Shown: in pieces, positions 38,409 to 64,000 of the stretch
Numbering within the stretch: the stretch's first letter is position 1
How the letters are laid out: each line of letters opens with the position of its first letter
Source of the DNA: Pavona decussata
Lineage: Eukaryota
Assembly (NCBI GenBank): GCA_977016875.1
Contig: CDRNST010000274.1
Coordinates: forward strand, 744,001 to 808,000
DNA length: 64,000 nt
Reading direction: 5' to 3'
The notes under the pieces: model-generated
What the model saw: only the letters and a program-made list of their open reading frames with translations
Databases searched by the model: none
Told to the model about the DNA's origin: nothing
Translations under genes and position numbers: made by a program

Positions 38409-38622
38409 CAAAAATTACAGAGAGATTTAGGGCTTGACGTTTCGGAGTCATCTTGACTCCATTATCAAGAGAAAAAATCAGTTTGTGAACGCGGATATTT
38501 AAATAGGCTAGAACTGACTTTTTTCTCTTGATAATGGAGTCAAGATGACTCCGAAACGTCGAGCCTTAAATCTCTCTGTAATTTTTGCATGTCTTTGCTT
38601 CAGCAAATCCCTTTTAATTAAA

Positions 38623-38662
<40 letters not shown>

Positions 38663-40899
38663 GTTTATTAACAGTGTATCCATTGTACATGGCTCTTCAC
38701 TTGTTAACTAACTAAAACTAGCTAATCACAATGATAAACAGAAATTAAAATAAAATTACAAAGTACAAATTACAAATGAGATCACGAATGACATGGATCT
38801 AAAACTGCAATACGAATGGACATGTATTTACGATATTAAAGGTATTTAAAATGACTTCAAAGCATTTGCTATTCAAAATTTACGTCAAATGGAGCACTGT
38901 TTTAGGACCAATTGTTGCTTTCCTAATTGTTCTTATTTGGCTTTAGGGTCCGTCTGAGGTGGACTGAACTGTCGAAGTCTGATATAGCGAGTACCACGTG
39001 GCTTGAGCTATGACGGTGCTCAATCGAGGATAAAATCCACTTTCTATTCAGTCATTATCCTAATTATTTACCCATTCGTAAGACTTTTAATTTATGATAA
39101 ATGAATAGGTAATATTTTTCCAAACTTCAAACACTTACAAATCACATAATTTATTGTAGCATTAATGAACTCCTCCGATTATGTTGTTAATAAGCAGATA
39201 GTTAAGTTCATTTCTCACTGTTTTGATTTAAGAAACAATTTGTTACCAAATAATATAATCCGGGATGGAGTTTAATGCTCATCTCTACCTTTTTTTTAAA
39301 TAAGTACTTTATATTTTATGTTTACATTAGTAAGCAGAACTTTACGATTCTTTTGACGCTTTTGTAATTCTGTAACAATTTATGTGGTCGTGCAAATAAA
39401 CGTTTAAGATCAATTACGAAATAGAAAAATACATTTATACTAAGAACAATAGCCTATCTACATTTTATAAAAAGTGGACGAAGAATTTTCCTTTTTAAGT
39501 TAAGATTTGTGTTGTTTTGTAAAAGCAACTGTTTAAGGTGTTAGAACGTACTTAATTGTAAACGTACATGGTTATATTTATATTAAGTACTTGTATTCAT
39601 GATCAATACTTATAATCATACATGCTATCAGCAGTTGCGCGGCTGTCTGGCCTTTTTATTTGCGCGTAAACAATTATTAACATTGTAATAAGTATTGGAA
39701 GTAATGTTAGTAATGTGAGTAACTTATGTAATGTATTTTGCAAACAGTGTTACGAATAAATGTTATTTATAATAAAAAAATAAACGTTATTATTGTCGTT
39801 GATGGCGCCATTTTGCTCCCCTTAAGGACAAAGCCTGCTTTTGTTACTGCACATACGTTTTGCGCATCTCGAGATACTCGGGTTTCTTATGGGTGGTGCC
39901 TACTAATACGGTGAGATTTTTGCGCGGTTTAAAACTATGTGGAGAAAGCAGAACTTAGTAAGTGATCTTGGTATCTGAGAAGAAAATGGGCGTAACCATG
40001 CACTTTTCATAGATAATAAAGCTTCAATTTGAATAAAACGCCATACATTCCTTTATATTTTACAGCTTTTTAGAATTATTGTTGCTTAATTATCTCTAAA
40101 AAAGATGCGCGGTTACCCCCAATTTTCTTTTTGGATTCCAATACCCCTGATAAGATCTGCTTTTCTCGCACAGTCATAAACCGCGTAAAAATTCTTCTGT
40201 ATTTGTAGGCACCGTCCTAAATAACAGTGGCACCGTTGTTGTCCACTCAGCCTGCTGTATAATGGACACTGGCAACCCTGTAATCCACAGCCACCCATGG
40301 AGAGTACCTGAATAACTCACGGACAGCGGAGAAAGGACATGCACTGAATCCTGATTGCCCGTTCCGAATATTATAAAGGGACTGGGCCCTAGTTTTCACA
40401 TCGTTCAAATTGCGTCGTATGAAGAAACGAACCCCATCACCAGAAAGACCGCATAAAAATTAGTAAGTTTACCAAGTTTGGTTATGTTTCATTGCGTAGT
40501 AACCAGGCTGTGACCTGTCAATGGTCGTCTAAATTACAGTATTGGAGACGAAGCTGTATATATATAAACGTAAAAATACATGTTTGAAGGTTATTTATGT
40601 TTCGTTGGAAAATAAACCTTTTTCGTTGGCTACAAGATTAAAGTAAATAAAATATTTAGTCGCTTGCGCCACATCCATCCCTTAAGGAGATTCTGCAACA
40701 TGTAGGTGTAAAAGACAAGAAAGGCTGATTAAAGTAAGTTTCTTTTTAGAAGTACCAATCACTTTAAATTTGTTAGTGAATTTATATACCTTCGAACTTA
40801 CTCTTTTGAACACAAAAAGAAAGACACAAATAAACTTTAGTCAAAATACCTTTTTCGCTCTTTTCTCCTTTCTTTAAAGGAACTCCAAGCGTTTCCCAT
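36241..40899 (-). CDS. Small uncharacterised protein (133 aa): N-myristoylation motif, polybasic patch, coiled coil, C-terminal CxxC
   Basis: Exons 40850-40899 (MGNAWSSFKERRKERK, AG|gtattt), 37643-37813 (ctacag| ... CAG|gtatgg) and 36241-36421 (tttctttctag| ... TGA). Both introns are phase 2 and the total is 402 nt, open throughout. Intron 1 spans an assembly gap, so an exon could be missing. Confidence 0.75.
36466..36960. mobile_element. Palindromic non-autonomous repeat
   Basis: Long inverted repeat AATAGCCTCCATTTGGC...GCCAAATGGAGGCTATT at 36466-36622. Confidence 0.65.
37205..37385. mobile_element. MITE, TIR TATAGAGTGTTTTCA
   Basis: Terminal inverted repeats and duplicated AACATGGCCGCC motifs. 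Confidence 0.75.
37881..38074. other. Assembly gap (194 N)
   Basis: Run of n characters. Confidence 1.
38328..38407. repeat. (AAT)n microsatellite; a second run at 38622-38661
   Basis: Direct reading. Both runs look like retroelement 3' tails; the second follows an AATAAA on the minus strand. Confidence 0.9.
38433..38471 (-). ncRNA. Minimal hammerhead ribozyme variant (U3-A8), minus-strand copy
   Basis: CUC UUGAUAA U GGAGUCA-AGA-UGACUCC GAAA CG UC^ AAG, with one stem I mismatch next to the core. Confidence 0.6.
38525..38563 (+). ncRNA. Minimal hammerhead ribozyme variant (U3-A8), plus-strand copy
   Basis: CUC UUGAUAA U GGAGUCA-AGA-UGACUCC GAAA CG UC^ GAG: 7-bp stem II, palindromic ACGU stem III, paired stem I. 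Confidence 0.7.
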
Positions 40900-40999
40900 C
40901 TTGCGCCACCAAAGTTTTCTCTCTTCGATTTCGTAAAAAGTGAAAAAGAAAATGATTTTGCCTCGTGACTGAAAAATCTTCCTTTGTGACATCACAGCG

Positions 41000-41275
41000 G
41001 TAATAAAACGCGCGCGCAACAAATTAGCCAATCAGATTTCCTTACTTTATTGCCATTAGGGCCGGAATTCCTCTTGGTCAGCACCAACGAAGTGGGTCTA
41101 AACTGAACAAACTTTCTTGAAGTTTCCTTAAAATGGGACTTCTTATTTAGAACTTGTCTATTGCCACCGTATTTTGATACTGACGCATAAAAATAATGTT
41201 CAACCCCAGGGCCTTCATTCATCCACGGTCGGCAAGAAGCCGGCATTGCGCATGCCCAAAAGAGCCGGAAGTACC
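41000..41275 (-). promoter_or_regulatory. Putative promoter of the 133-aa gene
   Basis: CCAAT box (~41027), NRF1-like TGCGCATGC (~41248) and ETS CCGGAAGT (~41265) in CpG-rich sequence. Confidence 0.4.
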
Positions 41276-41892
41276 TTAAAGTGTCTTGAGAACTGTGAAC
41301 GTGTGAATGGCAATCTCCACCTCAGTTTGAATTAGCTAGATTCATTTAAGATGAAGCTACTTGACACTTGTACTCTTACACAATTTTTGATGAAAAGTGA
41401 TTGCTTATTGTTACCTTTGCCGCGAGGCGACAAGTCTAGAAATGGCCGGTTGGCGTTCCAGTTGTTTCAGTTTTGTGTCGCGAATTTCTACAGGTACCCC
41501 AAGCTCCACAGGTACCCCTGGAGAATTTTAATATAAACTTAATAGCGGCTTTTTTAACCAGATGCACGTGACAGCTGTTGACGCATATATCTTTGTGTTT
41601 CTTTCTTTCTTTGGTACTTTGGGAGGACTGTATAGCAAAGGCTACCTCTAGCCTCTTGTTTCAGTCTTTATAACAAAAAACTATAGATTATTTACATTCA
41701 AAGAGTACTTCGTAAGTCCTTATTTAATTAGAAGCTTCAATTCTCGGTTCCTGCGCTCTTCTCTTTTGCCTATGACTGACTTGCGCAGTCAACTGAGTCA
41801 AGCCAGTGGGCTCTGGGGCCAGAATGGTTAGTTATATAACAGGGTATTATATAAACTTTACGTAACTGATGTCGAAGGCCCTCGATATTTTA

Positions 41893-42997
41893 TTTTACAA
41901 TAACTGTCCAAATTCCCGCGCGCTGATTGGCTCGTAGCTATTGTCTATTTAAGACTGAATTGGTTCATGCTTAGCGTGCGTATATCGAGTTATGGATGCA
42001 CGCGGGAAGTTTGGAGAGCACGAGAAAAGCGTAAGAGTTGCTCGAGGCGTAGCCTTGAGCAACTCTAGCTTCTTGAGTGCTCTCCAAACTTCCCGCGTGT
42101 AAACGTGCAAACTTCCCGCGTGTAAACGATTCCTGGAAAACAGGTTTTGTTCCTGATTAATAACAAAAAACTCTGAAGAAAAAAAAAGGTGAAAGTGGTT
42201 TCTCATTTTGGTTTAATCTTAACGTTTCATTCACTTCGACAAGCTCTTATAAATATACATTTTTTATGGTGTTTCTCTCTGTAAAAAGTTTTTTATAACA
42301 TAGCGCACGCATGCTTCCTTCATCTGACTTGCACGCGTCATCGGATGGCACACGGCCGTGCGTACGTTGAGAAATGTACCATGATGACGCCAATAGAAAT
42401 TAGATTAGGATGCGCGCGCTATGTTATAAAAGAGTACAGACAATAAATATGACGTCAGATGTAACGCACGCGCTTTCTCAACGAAAAAAAAAATGGCCGA
42501 TTCCGCTCGTAATTTTTTCATGTTATTGTAAATACCAAATCGACGGCAGTTTTCCATGGTCTATACTCTTATAGACCATAAAATGACGCCGTAAAATGTC
42601 CAAAACTTGGCAGTGAAACCACGAGCCTGCGGCTCGTGGTTCCACTTGAGTTTTGAACATTTTTTGACGTCATTTTATGGTCTATTTAACAATTAGACGG
42701 CGAGCTCGAGGTTTCTATCGGCTGCTATCAAAAGCTATAGAAACTGAGAGCGAGCTGTCTAATTGTTTTAGCATACTTCAGTGATTGATCTATGAAGCAA
42801 AATAATCTTTTTATTTCATAAATTTTGATATATTTGTGCAATGATGGATGCTAAATCGCGCGCGCTCTGACAAACTGCCGTCTATCGATCGATAGACGGC
42901 ACCTGTGTAGCCAATCGGATTGCGCGTTACGCGATAGTCGGTCACTGAGGTATGCTTAAAGAGTATAGACCATAGAAAACTGCCGTCGATATGTTAA
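41893..42997. mobile_element. Nest of palindromic MITEs; outer element homologous to 61800-62142
   Basis: The outer element (TTTTACAATAACTGT..., CCACGAGCC hairpin, CATAGAAAACTGCCGTCGAT) is interrupted by two other palindromic inserts (~41950-42435 and ~42686-42960). Confidence 0.7.
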
Positions 42998-43063
42998 GCA
43001 TATTTAGTTTCAAACCGTGGATGTTGGTGCCTCAAAGACAATGAAAGTTGTTTAATAATATTA

Positions 43064-43489
43064 GGCCCCATCTACACTGATGCGTTTTTGTTTTAAATTG
43101 CGTACTTTTCGATGCGTTTTCGCCTATCATCCACACTAAAACGCCCGAAAACGATGATGAAAACGGAGGCTTTCTAAAACGCTTTCAAAAGTGGAGACTT
43201 TTTAAAACGCTTCGTTTCTAGTGTGGACAGGTGAAAACGGTAACGTAAAAAGCGTCACATGCCATCGGTTCCAGTCCAAATCGGAACATCTGTCCAAGAT
43301 GGCGGATGTTCTTGTGATGTTAACACATGCGCAATTCCAGGTCTTAGTCATCGTTTCATCGTTTTCGAGCATTTTAATGTGGATAGGTAAAAACGATTCG
43401 AAAACGCTAGCGTGGATGAAAATATTTTGCTTCGTTTTCGTCGAGATGAAAACGGATACTTTTAAAAACGCATTAGTATGGATGGGGCC
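43064..43489. mobile_element. PIF/Harbinger-type MITE
   Basis: TIR GGCCCCATC.A.ACT.ATGCGTTTT with TTA target duplication on both sides. Confidence 0.85.
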
Positions 43490-43779
43490 TTAAAAAGTAA
43501 ACATAACTACGATCAGGCTCTATTTCTGTTTCGCTCGAATAAGTATTTCCGCATGCAGGAAAACGGGAACTGAAAACGGAGGGACTTATTGCAGGTAGAG
43601 TATTAAAATCAAGAATTGGAATATAAGAGGGTTTTTATCACAGGAAACAGTTAATCAACGTAAAATTTTCTATTTCTAGGAATTTTCTGGAAAACGGGCA
43701 CATTTGATGACAGGAAGAAGATGAAAGTTGCTTATTTGAGGAGAGGAATACTCTGTTTCCGCGAATATCCGTCCAAACC

Positions 43780-43906
43780 ACTCACATTTCTTACGTCACG
43801 CGGTCTTTAGAGCCCAGTGCCCAGCGATAACAAAACGGTCACACTTAACGCATGCGTTGTGGTGCGGTGTATGCCACATATCATTATGGCCGCCAGTGTT
43901 CGCTAA
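43780..43906 (+). promoter_or_regulatory. JNK proximal promoter / 5'UTR with CRE-like site and uORF
   Basis: TTACGTCA at 43791-43798, ACGCATGCGT at ~43848, and a uORF from 43871 or 43886 to 43906 ending directly before the main ATG. Confidence 0.45.
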
Positions 43907-62290
<18,384 letters not shown>

Positions 62291-62477
62291 ACAGCAGCGC
62301 GTCCTCCGAAATAAATTGGTTTCTTGCAGGATAATTTGTTCGTTTTATTCCAAAATCTCCGTGTATAGGACGAGAGTCGCTTCTCTCGAGACAACAATCG
62401 CATCTCGCGAAAAACGAGATGCGATTGGTAACTTTCTTTTGAGCGGTACTGTATAATCCTCCAAGTTTTGACTCTTT

Positions 62478-64000
62478 AGAGGGTCTTAACATTATTTCTC
62501 CTCCGCGATCCAAAACTATTCTTCGAAGCGAGCCTCCGTGGTTGAATGATAAACTCAAGAGCTTGATCAAACGACGCCAATGTGCCCTTGCGAAAGGAAA
62601 AATGGATACCTTTCGAATGCTCAGAAATTGCGTGAATCGTGAGCGTAAGATCTGCCGGGCAAAGTATTACGAAGCAAAGGTTAACCATTTGAGGGAGTGT
62701 AAGCCATCTGTGTGGTGGAAAGAGGTGAAAAAGCTCAGCGGCATGTCACCTGCCTCAGAAACGCGGGCCAACACCAGCAAATTACTGCGACACCTAGGTT
62801 TTTCACCTGGTGTCCTGGCAAATTACATCAATTCAGCGTTCCTGACCCCAATGCAGGATTTTGAGCCTCTTACCCACAATCCTTTCGACCCACCACAAGC
62901 CAACAACGAAAGTCATGCCGTAAATATGATATCGGAGTTTTCAACTTTTATGAAACTATCTGCACTCAACCCCTCCAAGGCACATGGGCCAGACGGAATC
63001 CCGGCATGGTTATTAAAAGAAAACGCTGATCTCCTGGCGGGTCCAGTCTCTGCGATCCTCAACTCCTCGTTCCACGAATCCCGCCTTCCGCCTTCTTGGA
63101 AAGAGGCTGACGTAGTCCCGGTCCCAAAACAAAGGCCTATTAAGGACATTAACAAGCACCTCCGTCCGATTTCCCTTACGTCCATCCTGTCTAAACTCGC
63201 TGAAGATCACATTGTTGAGAAATACGTTAAACCTGCTGTGTTACAAAGAATTGACCCTCGACAATTTGGAACTATTCCCAAATCGTCTACTACACATGCC
63301 TTGGTCAGTATGACGCATAATTGGCTTGTTAACACCGACGGAAATGGTGCCACGGCAAGAGTAGTCCTCCTTGATTTCCGTAAGGCTTTTGACCTTATCG
63401 ATCACAGTGTTCTTGTTCAAAAACTAACAACATATGATATTCCGAATCAAGTCAAAGGTTGGATCGTTGACTTCTTGATGGACCGGAAACAAAGAGTTAA
63501 ACTTGCTCAGGATTGTCACTCTGAATGGCGCTCTGTAACATCCGGTGTCCCCCAGGGAACAAAATTAGGCCCCTGGTTATTTCTTGTCATGATTAATGAA
63601 TTGGACACACCAGTTGGCATGTGGAAATACGTGGATGATACATCTTGTTCCGAAATAGTTACAAAGGGTAGTGAGAGCAAACTCCAAGAAGCTGTGGATG
63701 ACCTTTCGAGACAAGCGAGTCTCGATGGGTTCCAATTGAATGAGGCCAAGTGCAAAGAGCTTCGAATTGGTTTCTCCATTAGCAACCACGATTTTGAACC
63801 CCTAGTCCTAAATGGCAAACCCCTTGAATTAGTCACCAGTGCCAAATTGCTAGGCGTGACCATTAGCCACGACCTAAAGTGGAACATGCACAGCTCTGAA
63901 CTAATTAGAAAATGTTCCTCTCGTCTCTACTTTTTGCGTCAACTCAAGAGATCCGGAGTGGCACCAAGTGAACTGGTGCAATTCTATGTGACATGTATTA
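62478..64000 (+). mobile_element. CR1-group LINE reverse transcriptase ORF, 5'-truncated, runs off the window
   Basis: Frame +1 is stop-free from 62443 to the end (>500 codons; absent from the ORF track because it has no stop). Motifs EPPWLN, KAHGPDGIP, LRPISLT, QFGTIPKSST, LDFRKAFD, GVPQGTKLGP, KYVDD. Confidence 0.93.

Noticed and set aside
37552-38690. Poly-X, poly-Leu and poly-Ile ORFs
   Set aside because: Artefacts of the N gap and (AAT)n tracts. Only 37643-37813 is taken as a real exon.
62913-63887. Minus-strand ORFs over the CR1-group LINE, and likewise over the RTE at 6.4-8.2 kb
   Set aside because: Antisense shadows of the reverse transcriptase frame.

Overview
AT-rich, intron-rich eukaryotic genomic DNA with a dense load of MITEs, SINEs and LINE fragments. 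The repeat landscape looks like that of an anthozoan cnidarian, probably a stony coral (inference). All gene models were built by hand from splice signals and reading-frame continuity. Four multi-exon genes are supported: (1) a six-coding-exon orphan gene on the minus strand (173-6072); (2) a NEMO/optineurin/ABIN-family UBAN + C-terminal CCHC zinc-finger adaptor (23530-28446, +); (3) a 133-aa myristoylation-motif protein (36241-40899, -) lying head-to-head with (4) a JNK MAP kinase (43907-62290, +). The JNK gene has a U12-type intron, a 5-nt tandem last-exon acceptor resembling the vertebrate p46/p54 switch, a JNK3-like N-terminal extension, and a Thr gatekeeper with no Cys116 equivalent. Mobile DNA includes a decayed RTE LINE, a stop-free CR1-group LINE running off the right edge, and three Penelope-type minimal hammerhead ribozyme motifs, two of which form an inverted pair. 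The most unusual element is a 3.4-kb TIR/TSD-bounded transposon whose decayed ORF joins NHL beta-propeller repeats to a P-element-like catalytic Glu motif. There is also a MITE-derived 30-bp minisatellite full of E2F-type sites and one 194-nt assembly gap. Comparisons with reference proteins are from memory and were not run as searches.
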